A stretch of 64,000 nt of DNA from Longimicrobiales bacterium (GTDB taxonomy: Bacteria; Gemmatimonadota; Gemmatimonadetes; Longimicrobiales; Gaopeijiaceae), in assembly GCA_965198065.1 (NCBI GenBank), contig CBDAON010000004.1, positions 448,001 to 512,000 of the forward strand, read 5' to 3'. Every line of letters begins with the position of its first letter. Within the stretch, counting starts at the first letter, position 1. The notes below the pieces were generated by a model, which did no database searches, was not told the DNA's origin, and saw only the letters and a list, made by a program, of their open reading frames with translations. Shown here one piece after another: positions 28,391-39,954 of this stretch. A program made the translations under genes and the position numbers.

Positions 28391-28885
28391 TCATTCGGTT
28401 TTCGCTCGTTGAAGTCTCACCGTATCTCTCCGGATGAGATCGCGATCCTCGTCGAGCAATTCCACAACGACAAACACGGAACTAGCGGATCCTGGTAGGC
28501 CGGCCATCTCATCAAGTGTAACGCTGACGAATGCTGGTTCTAGCTTGTAGGCTGATCCAGTAACAAAGTCGATGACTATTCCTGGGAGGCCGCCCCAGAG
28601 AAGATTCACCCACACCCATCCATTCGTGCCTCTGGTGAGGGCAAGTGTGCTCGTCTCGTATCCGTCTAGGGAGATCTCAAGTTGGTACTGATTGCGGCGC
28701 GGTAGGGATACCATAGCAGGAACCCCACCCGAAGCCATTTCGATGCCACCGGAAGAGACGACCGTATAGGTCGCTTGAGAAGGAGCCGCCGTCACTGACA
28801 CGACCTGCGCGCCCCCGCCACCGACGAGTGTGGCGCATCCGGCGACGAATGACAGCATTGCGATCGCGAGTAGAGTCCGTATCAC
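28391..28885 (-). CDS. PEGA-like domain lipoprotein
   Basis: VAG-C lipobox (GCATLVGG), LDGYE, WVNLLWGG..GIVIDFVTG. Confidence 0.75.
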   Translation of the reverse strand: MIRTLLAIAMLSFVAGCATLVGGGGAQVVSVTAAPSQATYTVVSSGGIEMASGGVPAMVSLPRRNQYQLEISLDGYETSTLALTRGTNGWVWVNLLWGGLPGIVIDFVTGSAYKLEPAFVSVTLDEMAGLPGSASSVFVVVELLDEDRDLIRRDTVRLQRAKTE

Positions 28886-29011
28886 TGAAAGGTCCTCTCG
28901 GGTAGGGGTACCTGCGAGTTGGCATGAACATTACGGCGGTAAAAAAGTGAGGATACCCCGCGAATCACAACCGTGCAACCCCCCGCGAGAATCGACTGCG
29001 TCGGCGCCATC

Positions 29012-29825
29012 TGACCTGCCCCCAAAAGCGGTACCACCTAGAGTGTTAGTCCAAGCACCTCCTTTTGGCTGGGGGGTGGTCCAAGAAGCAGAGGCAGGTT
29101 GAGCAGCTTTGGGTCTGGCCGGATCGCTTCGGGGGCCGGGGGTCGATAACTCAGAGAGCTGTGCGGTCGATACCGTTGTCGGAGCGAAGATTCGCCGGTG
29201 GACCGTGCTCGGCAAACAGCTCGCTCAGCGTCTGCAGAACATCGTCCGCCTGAAGCTTGCGAGTCACCACGATCGCCAGGCACTCCCGGCTGTACTCATC
29301 CAGCACCGTCAGCATCTTGAGCGGCCGTCCATCATGCGTCCGGTCCGCCACGAAGTCATATGCCCATACATGGTGTCGGTACAGGGGCCGCAGTCGGATA
29401 CAAGAACCGGCGGTCAGCCACAGCCTTCCTCGCTTCGGCTGCCGCTCCGGCACCTTCAGCCCCTCCTGCCTCCAGATCCACTCCACCCGCTTGTGGTTCA
29501 CCCCCCAGCCCTCGATCCGCAGCAGGTTCGTGATCTGGCGGTACCCGTAGCGGCCGAACCGGCTCGCTAACCGCACCACGTCCGAGCGAAGCGCCGCCTC
29601 GTCGGCCCGCACCTTCCGCCGACGATGCTGCGTCGACCGTGACTGGCCCAGCACCCGGCACGCATGCCGCTCACTCGCCCCGAGCCGCTGGCGCACATGC
29701 ACCACTGCCCTGCGTCTTCGCTCGGGGCTCAGAAGTTTCCCTTCGCCGCTTCCTCTTCGCCACCGCTCGCTTCAGCCGTGCATTCTCCTGCTCAAGCTCC
29801 TTCACGTGGCGTGCCTGGTCCCCTC
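29012..29825 (-). mobile_element. IS3-family remnant with internal deletions
   Basis: IR TGACCTGCCCCC at 29012; partial orfB and orfA. Confidence 0.85.
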
Positions 29826-29855
29826 GCCCACCGTCTTCCCGTTCGCTAGTCACAT

Positions 29856-30492
29856 CACTCTAGGTACGGAAGTTCTGGGAATCGCACTTGCTACTGTTCT
29901 AAGCAATCGTGATAACGGTAGAGGTACTTATTATGGATTGTGACTATTGTGCCGATACGATCCTGAATGCCCCTAGCAATAGATAAAGTATCCCCTACCT
30001 TCTTACCAATTATGGCTCTAGAGATTTCATGATCTGGCGGAAGTTCAGGCTCCGCAAATGGTGGAGTACCATCTCGTAGCTCCTCGAGAATTATCCAATC
30101 CCTTGCTCAACATAGCACACCGCAACTCCACTTTCTACACGTTCTGGGGTTTCTAGAAGCGGCTCAGTCCCAAAAGGAGATAAAGCGATAAGGAACGCCC
30201 GGTGTCCGTCTGGATTGTTGAAATTGGCGCGAATCACCTGATAGGCGTACTCCACTGCGTACTCCGCATGGCCGATTTCTCTCGGAACCCGCACGGCGTC
30301 GGAAGCTATTTGCAGTATCACTCGATCTGGTGTGGGTACTCCTAAGGGATCTTGGTCTATCAAGTGGATCCGGTCGAGTTCCAATCCCATAATCGACCGT
30401 CTCAGCTTGAGTTCTTCATCACTCGGACATCGGTCAATCTCCTGATTTAGAACACTGATGGCAGCGTCGGTATCGTAGATCCTTAGCGTCAA
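29856..30492 (-). pseudogene. Fragment of a TPR / GreA-GreB-C-domain protein
   Basis: Helical repeats, then after a shift ISRAIIGKKVGDTL...IHNKYLYRY...RFP with an internal stop; AT-richer than the flanks. Confidence 0.6.
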
Positions 30493-30496
30493 CTAT

Positions 30497-32082
30497 CTAG
30501 CCCGTGTTGCACTTCAAAGTTGACGCTTGAGCAGCCTCCTCGTCCTCGCTGCGCAACGCACCCTCTGCGTCAACCGGCGCAGTTGACCACAAGTCTTCGA
30601 GTTGCTTCTTCGTCAGAATCTGAGCTGAGCGCATTCTCTCGCTCCCTGTCATATCCGCAACATCGATCTCGTTGAACCTATCTTGAAGCTTGCGCATGTG
30701 AGCGTAGCATCCGATGTCGATCGCGAAAGCCTGGTACGTTCCGGGAGACGATTTATGAGTCAGAGCGGCTCCGGCACTATGGATGATGCGATAGTCGAGC
30801 AGGCGATAGAGTAGTGCCCGAATCTGGTCCTCTTGCTGCATCATCTCCTCGGATACCATCATGATGTTGGTTCTCTTTTCGATGCAGAACTTCCGCAACA
30901 CATAGATCCCTCGAATTAACGTAGCCTGCTCATCACCTGCCGAGTCCTGCTTGAGTTCTTCGATCCGTCTTTCAAAATTCGAGCGACTCATGATTCGAAC
31001 GTCATCCTTGCCGATGCGGCCATCGCCCTGACTCGCACCTTGAAGGGCTTCAAGGAACAGTGACAGGCAATCTCTCGGAACGCCGCCCCCTGCCATTATC
31101 AGCCGATCGAACCCCGCACCCTTGAACAGCGAGTCAATGTCTCCAGAGTTGAGTCCCGCGAGTTTCGCAAACTCGCCGAAGATCTGACGATTTTGGCGCG
31201 CAGTCCTCCGGAAGTCGGTAAAGGCAAAGTCGATGTTAATGGGTTGATAGTCGTGCCGTTCTTGAGCTCCTATGGGTTGGCCGTCGCGGTCGGCGTAAAG
31301 AGTGCTTGAGTGCCGAAGGGTGGCGACCTTGAAATACAGCGGCAGATCCTTACAGAGTCGATGCAGGTAGTCCATCACGTCGGGTTGGTCAACGCGGGCG
31401 AGATGGTAGAAATCGTCGAGTTGGAGGAAGACTGCCTTCACGGTCTTGGAGAGACCAAAGAATTCTCGGATCTGCAGCTTCAACCGTGGGAGCCGCGTTT
31501 GGAGTTCGCCAAGCTTGTCAGTCCGTTGAGCATAACGGAGTTCTAGGGCTGTACTCTTGCCCGCGTGGCTGGTGGATTCACCGGCGAGCCTAAAGCCTTT
31601 CGAGGCAATAGAGCCACCGGCCTTGTCCCCCTCCTGCTCCGTCGCGATGTGCGACTCAACCACGTCAGCCTCTGATTCGTCATCTTGCTGACGGAGGTTC
31701 GCTAGATCAAGGCGAATCTCGGCGATGAGTTCACATGACCTCCTCTTCTTGCCAAACCATCCAGACAGGTTGCGCTCGAGCTCAGCGAAGAGAACATCCA
31801 GGACCTCGATGAGAACGTTTGGGAACGAGTGGTGTTTGAAATCCTCGCAGTTCAGGTAGACCGACTGAAGTCGCCTGGCAGCTCCTTTGCCGAGTGGTGA
31901 AGCAGCAGGGTCTTACCGCAGCCACGGCGGGCGAACACGGCGTGATTCTGGCGCGCACAGATGTCGCTCAGCGCGCGGGATACGTCGATGTACGGAACGG
32001 CGTCTGCCCCGCCACGTTGAACACGAAGATTCTCGGTGATGACTTTGCGGAGGTCTGCCAGCTGTTGGGTTTCAAGTGACAT
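30497..32082 (-). pseudogene. P-loop ATPase (ORC/CDC6- or STAND-like) with one frameshift near 31865
   Basis: NHAVFARRGCGKTLLL, then VYLNCEDFK..., LQLDDFY, GGVPRD. Confidence 0.7.
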
Positions 32083-32203
32083 CTTGAGTTCTCCAAGCGC
32101 GTCTAAGTTTACTCATGGCCTAACGGATATTTAGAGCACGCCCCTTGCGGATACCAAGAAGATATCGACGAAGACGCTTGGAACCCAACAAGGAGCGGCC
32201 CTC

Positions 32204-32279
32204 ATGAAGCGGACGACGAAGTATGTGGCACTGGATGTACATCAAGCAACGATGCTGGCGTCGGTTCGGGCGGAGGGCG
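32204..32279 (+). pseudogene. IS110-family transposase N-terminus cut by IS3
   Basis: AAGGAG RBS; MKRTTKYVALDVHQAT. Confidence 0.7.
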
Positions 32280-33550
32280 TGACCTGACCCGCTGAAACGA
32301 GACCAGGTGCAATGTTAGGATCGACCTGGTCCGAAGCTTTTCAGCGAGGAGGTCAGGATGGGAAGGAAGCGACACACTCCGGAGCAGATCATCACTGCAG
32401 TGCGGGAGGCAGAGGTCGGTCTGGCCGGCGGCAAATCCGTGAAGCTGATCAGGGGGGAGCTCGGCATCACCGAGCAGACGTACTACCGGTGGAGGCGGGA
32501 GTACGGCGGGATGAAGGTGAGCCAGGCACGGCGCCTGAAGGAGCTCGAGCGCGAGAACGGGCGCCTGAAGCGAGCAGTGGCGGACTTGACACTGGACAAG
32601 CTGATCGTGGAGGAAGCGGCCAAGGGAAACTTCTGAGCCCCGAGGGCCGACGACGTTGTGTGGTGCGTGTACGTCAGCAGCTCGGGGCGTCGGAGAGGAG
32701 AGCGTGCCGGGTGCTCGGGCAGCCACGCACGACCCAGCGCGGGGCGAGGAGAGTGGCGAGTGACGAGGGGGCGCTCCGAGGTGATATCGTGCGACTCGCG
32801 AGTCGATTCGGCTGCTACGGCTAGCGACGCGTCACGGACACGCTCCGCATCGAGGGCTGGGGGGTGAACCACAAGCGGGTGGAGCGGATCTGGAGGCAGG
32901 AGGGGCTGAAGGTCCCGGAGCGGCAGCCGAAGCGAGGTCGGCTGTGGCTCAACGACGGATCGTGCATCCGGCTGAGGCCGCTGTATCGGGGCCACGTCTG
33001 GTCGTACGACTTCGTGGCCTCGAGGACGCACGACGGGCGTGCGCTGAAGCTGCTGACAGTGCTGGACGAGCACACGAGGGAGTGCCTGGCGATCGTGGTG
33101 GCTCGCAAGATCCGCTCGCACGACGTGCTCGAGGTGCTGGCCGATCTGTTCGTCCGACACGGGCCTCCCGAGTATCTGAGGTCGGATAACGGACCGGAGT
33201 TCACCGCGAAGCTCGTGCGGTGGTGGTTGGGGCGCGTGGGCGTCGAGACGCTCTTTATCGAGCCGGGCAGCCCGTGGGAGAACGGCTACAACGAGAGCTT
33301 CAACGGCAAGCTCAGGGACGAGCTGTTGAACGGGGAGATCTTCTACATCGTTGGCGGAGGCGGCCGTGCTGGTCGAGCAATGGAGGCGCGAGTACAATAC
33401 CGTCCGACCCCACAGCGCCTGCGGCGGCTTTCCCCCGACCCCTGAGGCGATTAAGCCGTCGCCCTCGTTCCTGAGGATGCCCGTCTTTCACGGCCCTCCA
33501 CAGCTGCTGGGGCTAACATAGGTTGTGGTACCGCTCTTCGGGGCAGGTCA
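32280..33550 (+). mobile_element. IS3-family element, full length; orfB inactivated
   Basis: TGACCTG / GGGCAGGTCA ends; orfA 32358-32636; in-frame TAG at 32822 and a shift near 33350. Confidence 0.92.
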
Positions 33551-33659
33551 GTATCAGCAACGATCCTCGGACATCCTCGGACGCCCCCGACCAAACCTGA
33601 TCGACATCCTATTATCCTGATGTCCAGTCCTCCGGCAACTGAAACTGGGCCAGCCCCTC

Positions 33660-33760
33660 ACCACCGTGGCCGAAACCGTGAGCTCGAGCTCGGCAAATTC
33701 CCTCAGATTTCGCTAGAGGAAGCGCGCGCGAAAACGTTCTCCAACCGTAAGCTGGCCCAG
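33660..33760 (+). pseudogene. P4-type integrase arm-domain fragment
   Basis: RGRNRELELGKFPQISLEEARAKTFSNRKLA. Confidence 0.65.
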
Positions 33761-33989
33761 CCTGCTAGACGAGCATGGACGCATCTATTGGCCCAAAAGC
33801 GGGACCGGGTTCCCACGGTTCAAGCGTTATCTTGCAGAAGGTGCGCCACTACAGGACACCTGGACCGACATACCGCCAATAACCGGAAAACGGTTCGACA
33901 CCCCGAGCGTCGTGGGCCGCCAGGCATCAATCCAGACAGTCTTGCTCAAAGAGAGTTGACGGCCATGACCTTAAGCCCAAAACTTGTCT

Positions 33990-34248
33990 TCGCGTATCCC
34001 AATAGGTTCGTGCGAAGCCTGTGAGTACCGGCGGGAACCCCGGATATGACGAAACGGCCCGACGGCTGGGCCACGACCCCCGCGCCCATGTTGGGGAGGA
34101 AGACCTGCGCACCGGCCAGGGGCCGCTGAGACCTCTCGTCGAAGACCGTGCCCTGGATGACTCCGGTCTCCTGCGCGCCCAGCGACCTCGGGGCGCCGGA
34201 CAGTGCGACGAGGCTCGCCAACGCCCACGGAAGTCCACGCATCGGCAC
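33990..34248 (-). pseudogene. N-terminus of a TonB-dependent receptor-like protein (carboxypeptidase-regulatory-like domain), truncated
   Basis: Signal peptide, then GVIQGTVFD...PLAGAQV...GRFVISGVPAG...LGY. Confidence 0.7.
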
Positions 34249-34369
34249 CTCCTTGTACGGATTCCCCGGCCGGCGGACTGCCTTCTCTTCGGAACAGCCC
34301 GGCTATACCTCGTCGTCGCGCCTTGCCGGCCGCGGCCCATCGTCCGTCTCCGTCTTCACCGTTCATCGG

Positions 34370-35730
34370 ATGCAGGTAACTAGCCGGGTCTCGCGCACCG
34401 ATCCCCTCCTGACCGGGGCCATTACAGGGTTGGCCGCTCGGGCCGCCTCCGTGTTCCACCGGATCGAGGTCCGCGGCGGGCCCATTCCAGGCGGGCCCGT
34501 CATGGTGGTCGCGAACCACCAGAACGCCCTCCTGGATCCGCTGATGGTGTTTAGGGCTGCGGGACGACCCACGCGGCCGCTTGCGAAGGCGGCCCTCTTC
34601 GACCAGCGGATCCTGGGCGCCGTGCTCCGAAGGTTGGGGGGGCTTCCGGTTTACCGGAAACAGGACCACCCCGCCGAGACGCACCGAAATGAGGAGACGT
34701 TCCGGGCCGCCCTCGAAGCCCTGGAGGCTGGTGACTCCCTCCAGATTTACCCGGAGGGAAAGAGCCACTCCGAGCTGTCGATCGAGCCGCTTCGAACCGG
34801 AGCTGCCCGGATCGCCCTGGCCGCCGAGGCGGAGAGCGGCGGCCGGCTCGGCCTCCGGATCGTTCCCATTGGCCTAACATGGGAAGGCAAACATCGGTTT
34901 CGCGGCCGCGTCCTCGCGGACGTCGGCGAGCCGTTCCTGGTCGCCCCCTGGGTCACTCCCGGAGGGACCGAGGACCACGAGGCCGTGCGGGCGCTCACGG
35001 ACGAGATCGCCGACCGGCTGCGGGAGGTCACCCTGAACTTGAGTGGCCGGGACGACCTGGAGCTGATCGTGGCGGCCGACCGCATCTACAGCCGGGAACG
35101 GAGGCTCCACGCCCCCAGGGAGCGGGATCCGCTAGCCAAGCGGGTGCCCCGCCTCCGGCGCTTCGTCGAGGCCCTCGAGTGGCTGCGCGCGAACGAGCCG
35201 GAAACGTATCGAGCGCTGGCCCCACGGGTGCGGCGAGTGGACAGGGTGAGTCGCGCCGCCGGGGTCGGGGAGGGGGTGGTGCCGCGCCGATACCCCGCGG
35301 GATCCGTCGCCTGGTACGCTCTACGCGAGGGGTTCGCACTCGGGCTCGGCCTGCCCCTCGCCCTCGTGGGCTCCGTGATCTGGTACCCTGCGTGGGTCGC
35401 CCCGCGCTGGGTGATTCCCCGGCTGAAGCCTGCTTTGGAGTCGCTCGCGACGTACAAGCTCGCGGCTGCCTTCGTCACCGTGCCCCTCACGGTCCTCGCG
35501 GTGTCCATCGTGTCCTTCTTCTACTGGGGCCGGCTGGGGTTGGTCGCGGCCGCCGCCGGGACCCCGCTTGTCGGGATCGTGGCCCTGTTCTGGCGGGAGC
35601 GCTTCGGTCGGGTTCTGGAGGACGCCCAGGTCTATCTGCGGGTCCTCACCAGGCCAAGATTCCGTCAGAGGCTGGCCTCCGAACGAGCCGAGCTCGCGCG
35701 GGATTTCGACGACGTGCTCCGACGGATGGG
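34370..35730 (+). CDS. Lysophospholipid/glycerol-3-phosphate acyltransferase family; ORF reads through to 36070
   Basis: ANHQNALLDP, LAK, YPEGKSH, TGAARIAL, IVPIGL; C-terminal TM segments. Confidence 0.82.
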
Positions 35731-35782
35731 GTCTCTTGCGACCCAACAACAATCTCAACACAGTACCACGGAGGGAAGATCT

Positions 35783-36070
35783 ATGCCGCAGACATCATCG
35801 AGACGAATTGATGAAAGTACTCTGACGAAGGGACAGCTCCGCAAGCTGCACGCACTTCGCAGGTCGGTCGGCCAAGATATTGGAGAGCGGGCGTTCGCCG
35901 AGTGGCTCTCCTCACAGGTAGCCACGAAAACGACGGACCGTAGCGCCGAATTGATCGCCGAGAGTCTTTGGACCCTTGTTCAAGAAGGTCGGCTTCGGAT
36001 TCGTCCGGGCGGCTATGTGGTCAAGCGCGGGCGTATGCGAATCATCGTCGAACCGGCGAGAAAGACCTAG
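35783..36070 (+). CDS. Small basic protein (95 aa), in frame with the acyltransferase
   Basis: Own GGAGGG RBS and ATG; composition differs from the upstream part. Confidence 0.6.
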   Translation: MPQTSSRRIDESTLTKGQLRKLHALRRSVGQDIGERAFAEWLSSQVATKTTDRSAELIAESLWTLVQEGRLRIRPGGYVVKRGRMRIIVEPARKT

Positions 36071-36355
36071 ACACCGGGAGCCCACAACTTCCCGGACCTT
36101 GCAGCCCTCGACAACCCTACGCCTCTGTACCCTCCACCTAGACCTCACCGGGTCTGGTGGCCTGAGGTGCGGGACACAGCGTCTAACCTGAAGTGGGTTG
36201 GACGAAAGTCCAAGCCAGCGGAAGGCGTGAGTTACGTTGGCGTTCGTGCTCGGCTAGGATCCGGAGCGGGCTGTGGCGCATGAACTGACCCGGCATAGAA
36301 CGTTTTCGACCGACCGTGATTCAGCCTCTCTTCAGGCTCTCCGGGAGGAGATCGA

Positions 36356-36488
36356 GCGTCCCCGTTGGCGGAGCCCCATCCACTTCTGGCACTTCGCTGG
36401 AATCCCTGGGACGTCCACTTTTTTCCCCTTGTTGACATAGCATAAGCCACACGCCTCAATGTAGCTGGTATGGGTACCCTGACAGTCC
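36356..36488. repeat. ~130-bp non-coding repeat, copy A (copy B at 45332-45461)
   Basis: Shared blocks CCGTTGGCGGAGCCC, TCGCTGGAA, CCTGGGAC, TTGTTGACA, CCTCAATGTA, GGTATGG. Confidence 0.8.
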
Positions 36489-36564
36489 TGAACCGGCTCT
36501 CCACCACCACTATCCGTGCGGGCCGAGTCCGCCCGCCTCAAGCGGCTCACCGCACTCGCACGGG

Positions 36565-36830
36565 GCGTGGCTTCCGACGGAGCCCGAGAACGTCGGCGCT
36601 CTTCAAGAGCTCGGCATCGAGCGTCGGCTCCTGCCCTCACGGCTCTACCGCGGAGCCGGCGCAAACACCCGGCGTGGCTTCCCACTTAAGTTACCTGTCG
36701 CTCTGGACACCGGCCGCGCCGTCTTCGTCTACATCGATCCGGGCCATGAGACCACGACGGTGCCCCGTTCCTAGGACGACGTGGATCGCGGCCTCTGGAA
36801 GGTACTGGCCAAGGGCCGATCCACAGTAGC
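36565..36830 (+). pseudogene. Internal fragment homologous to 11772-12707
   Basis: WLPTEPENVGALQELGIERRLLPSRLYRGAGANTRRGFPLKLPVAL. Confidence 0.85.
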
Positions 36831-37034
36831 CGCGCCTGGCAAACGGTGCGCCCTTCCGATGACCGGCCTGCGTGTTCATGCCACGACTAGAGTGTGAAAA
36901 CGACGCGCAGGGTCGATTCACAAATGGCCCGGGGGGCGATTCACAGAGGCATGACTCGCGATTCCTTGTAGTAGTTGCGGTTACGCCCGGTGTTGCCCGG
37001 TCGGCGAGGCACATCGGGGCGCGCCGACCGGAAC

Positions 37035-37120
37035 GGGAGCGACCCCGCCCGCGGACGTCCTGGTGATGGCGTGGGGGCGTGCGTGTTTTCACACGCGCTG
37101 CCCCCGGCGGGGTCGCTCCC
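37035..37120. other. Second copy of the three-way stem-loop element
   Basis: GGGAGCGACCCCGCC...GGCGGGGTCGCTCCC with internal hairpins. Confidence 0.6.
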
Positions 37121-37715
37121 GGTCATCGATCCCTCCGGACTGCCTCGGGAAGTTCCATAACACACGTGATGTCAATCACTTACATATTCAGAAACTGTGC
37201 TCGCCCCCCCATTTCATCCGCCGTTTTGAATCGGCTGTCCAGGGCCCTTCGTGGACGTGATCGGATGGCCATCGCCTGCGCCCCCGTCCTTCCCGCCCCC
37301 TCAGCGGCTTTCAAGAGCGGCGATCGCAGGTGCCCCGGGAGGCGCCAGTCGGCCGCGACCCGGGGGGGTTCGGCCCGTTCCGCGGCCGCGGCAGGCCGAG
37401 AGGAGGCTCTTGGAGACCGTCAGAGCCGACTTCTCGGCGCTGGGTGACCCATAGGACCCCGGGATCCAGCGCGGAGCTCCCCTCGACCTTCAGTTTCGGC
37501 GGAGCCGAAGATCGGGGATCGACGGCGGCGCAGCCGACCCGCCCGGATCCTCCAGCCACTCGAGGACGTCCGCGTGCATGAGCGACACGACCGGCGAGGT
37601 ATCCGAGCGTGGGCGCACGAGTCTGTTTGGTGCACGGGAGGGAAGCACGTCTAGCCAGTCCCCGACGGGGGATTCCTTGAGGAACTGGCGCGCAGCCAAC
37701 TTCCGCCCCCCGTCC

Positions 37716-38264
37716 TCACAGAAACCGCCGAACCCGGCTCCGATACTCCCGGTAAGCGTCGCCGTACTGCTCCTCCAGCCACAGCTCCTCGGCCAGCGGC
37801 GCAACCACGAACACCACCGCTAGGAGAAGGTGCGTGATCCACAGCAATAGTGAGTTCGCGATCACACTCACGCCCACGAAGCAGACGATGTCACCCAGGT
37901 ACTGCGGATTCCGCGTGAACCGGTAGGGGCCGGTGGACACGAACCCGCCCTTCAACCCGCTCGTGTTCTTCCAGCCCACAGTGACCACTCCCCACACGGC
38001 CAGCAGGCCGCCGAGCACCACTAGGGGTACCCCAATGATGAACCGTAAGGGGCTCTGGAAGACCCAGGAGTTCCAGTACATCAGGAGGAGAAGAACGTTG
38101 ATCCCGATCACCGCCCAGAAGCCCGCCCAGGTCAGCAGGTGCTGCCAGGAACCACGGCCCGGCGGTGGCCACAATCGCCTATCTGGGACGGCGACCGACC
38201 AGACGGCTCCCGCCAACTGCGCGATTAGGATGACGACGGCGATGCCGAAAAGGATGGTGGACAT
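37716..38264 (-). CDS. Isoprenylcysteine/phospholipid methyltransferase-family membrane protein
   Basis: TGPYRFTRNPQYLG, EELWLEEQYGDAYREY. Confidence 0.88.
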   Translation of the reverse strand: MSTILFGIAVVILIAQLAGAVWSVAVPDRRLWPPPGRGSWQHLLTWAGFWAVIGINVLLLLMYWNSWVFQSPLRFIIGVPLVVLGGLLAVWGVVTVGWKNTSGLKGGFVSTGPYRFTRNPQYLGDIVCFVGVSVIANSLLLWITHLLLAVVFVVAPLAEELWLEEQYGDAYREYRSRVRRFL

Positions 38265-38448
38265 GTACGGGTACCCCTGGGGCTGTCCCAGGTTGATGGA
38301 CAGGTGAGCGTTGAGCCTTCAGGGGATACTTGACCTACTCCTCCTACTAGGAGAGCGAGGCTTCCCCAGAAGCGGGGGTAAAGGTGCGTTCACGCGGCGG
38401 CATTTCGCTCGAGCCCGGAAGACCTATCCTCGAAGATGGTCTTGTCCT

Positions 38449-39954
38449 TCATACAGTGTTTCCTGACGACTCAAGCTCTTGGGCAATGGCTTGGAACGCT
38501 TCCAACGCAGCATTTAAGTCTTCCACGATCTCGGCAGCCAGCACCTCAGGCTCAGGCAGGTTCTCGCTGTCCTCCAGTGATTCGTCCCTTAGCCAGAAGA
38601 TGTCGAGGTTGAGCTTGTCCCGCTTTAGCAGTTCCTCATAGCTGAACGACCGCCACCGGCCCTTTGGATTCCCTTCGCTCCAAGTATTCTCGCGTTCGCG
38701 TCGTCGACCTGCCCTGTAGCAGTCCACGAAGTCGTCGAGGTCCGAGCGCTGCAACGGCTTCGTCTTCAGCGTGAAATGCTTATTCGTGCGGAGGTCATAG
38801 ACCCACAGCTGTTCGGTCCATGCCTGCTCCCGTGCAGGCTTCCTGTCGAAGAACAGCACGTTCGCCTTCACGCCCTGCGCGTAGAACAGGCCTGTTGGGA
38901 GGCGGAGCAGCGTGTGCACATCGAACTGCTGAAGCATGTTCTTGCGGACGGTCTCACCCGCACCACCCTCGAACAGGACGTTGTCGGGCATGACGATGGC
39001 GCACCGGCCATGGATGCTGAGCAGCGTCTTCACATGCTGAAGGAAGTTGAGCTGCTTGTTCTTCGTGGTGGCCCAGAAGTCCTGGCGCTCGTAGGCGTGA
39101 GCCTCACTCTCCAGCCCTCCCGCTTCGTTCACGATCTGGATACTGCTCCTCGTCCCAAACGGCGGATTTGTGAGTACCACTGAGAACCGTTCACCAGGGT
39201 CGCTCGCGAGGCTGTCAACACCCGAACGGATAGGGCACGGATCGGCGTCGATCCCGTGCAGGTACAAGTTCATGATCCCAAGGCGAGCGGTCGCCGGGAC
39301 CAGTTCCCAGCCATGCACAAAGCCTTCGCGGAGATGTCGCTTCTGGTCGGGATCCAGTTCCGTGCCGTGTTCTCGGACGACATATTCGTGGACGGCAAGC
39401 AGAAAGCCTCCGGTCCCGCACGCAGGGTCGCAAACGGTATCATCGGGACGTGGCTGCATCACGTCCACGATGCCCTTAATCAGCTGACGAGGGGTGAAGT
39501 ACTGACCGGCCCCCTTCGGTGATTCCTGAGCAGACTTCGAAAGCAACCCCTCATAGATGTCGCCCTTTACGTCGGCCTGCATCGACATCCAACTCTCGGG
39601 ATCGATAAGATCGACGATCAGCCGCTTCAGGGTCGCAGGGTTCTGAATCTCCTGTCGTGCTTTCTTGAAGATTTCTCCGAGCATCCCCGACTGTGTACCG
39701 AGCTCCCGTAGGATGTGTCGGTAGTGCAACTCCAACTCCCAGCCATCGCGTGTCAGTAAGCTCGGCCAGTCCATGCCCACAGGAACGATTGGGGCCCGGT
39801 TCCAGGGCGGCTGGGTTTGCTCGTGGGCCATCTTCAGGAAGAGCAGGAAAGTGATCTGCTCCGTGTAGGCCATATAGGAGAGCCCGTCGTCTCTCAGGAC
39901 GTGAGCGAAGCTCCAGGCCTTGTTGACGATCTGCTGGGTGTGGTTGTTCGGCAT
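38449..39954 (-). CDS. hsdM: Type I R-M methyltransferase
   Basis: GQYFTPR, DPACGTGGFL, NPPFG. Confidence 0.95.
   Translation of the reverse strand: MPNNHTQQIVNKAWSFAHVLRDDGLSYMAYTEQITFLLFLKMAHEQTQPPWNRAPIVPVGMDWPSLLTRDGWELELHYRHILRELGTQSGMLGEIFKKARQEIQNPATLKRLIVDLIDPESWMSMQADVKGDIYEGLLSKSAQESPKGAGQYFTPRQLIKGIVDVMQPRPDDTVCDPACGTGGFLLAVHEYVVREHGTELDPDQKRHLREGFVHGWELVPATARLGIMNLYLHGIDADPCPIRSGVDSLASDPGERFSVVLTNPPFGTRSSIQIVNEAGGLESEAHAYERQDFWATTKNKQLNFLQHVKTLLSIHGRCAIVMPDNVLFEGGAGETVRKNMLQQFDVHTLLRLPTGLFYAQGVKANVLFFDRKPAREQAWTEQLWVYDLRTNKHFTLKTKPLQRSDLDDFVDCYRAGRRRERENTWSEGNPKGRWRSFSYEELLKRDKLNLDIFWLRDESLEDSENLPEPEVLAAEIVEDLNAALEAFQAIAQELESSGNTV

Noticed and set aside
36232..36510. Small peptide encoded by the 130-bp repeat (MSTRGKK.../MSTTGKE...)
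   Set aside because: Substitutions between copies are largely non-synonymous and the ORFs diverge in length.
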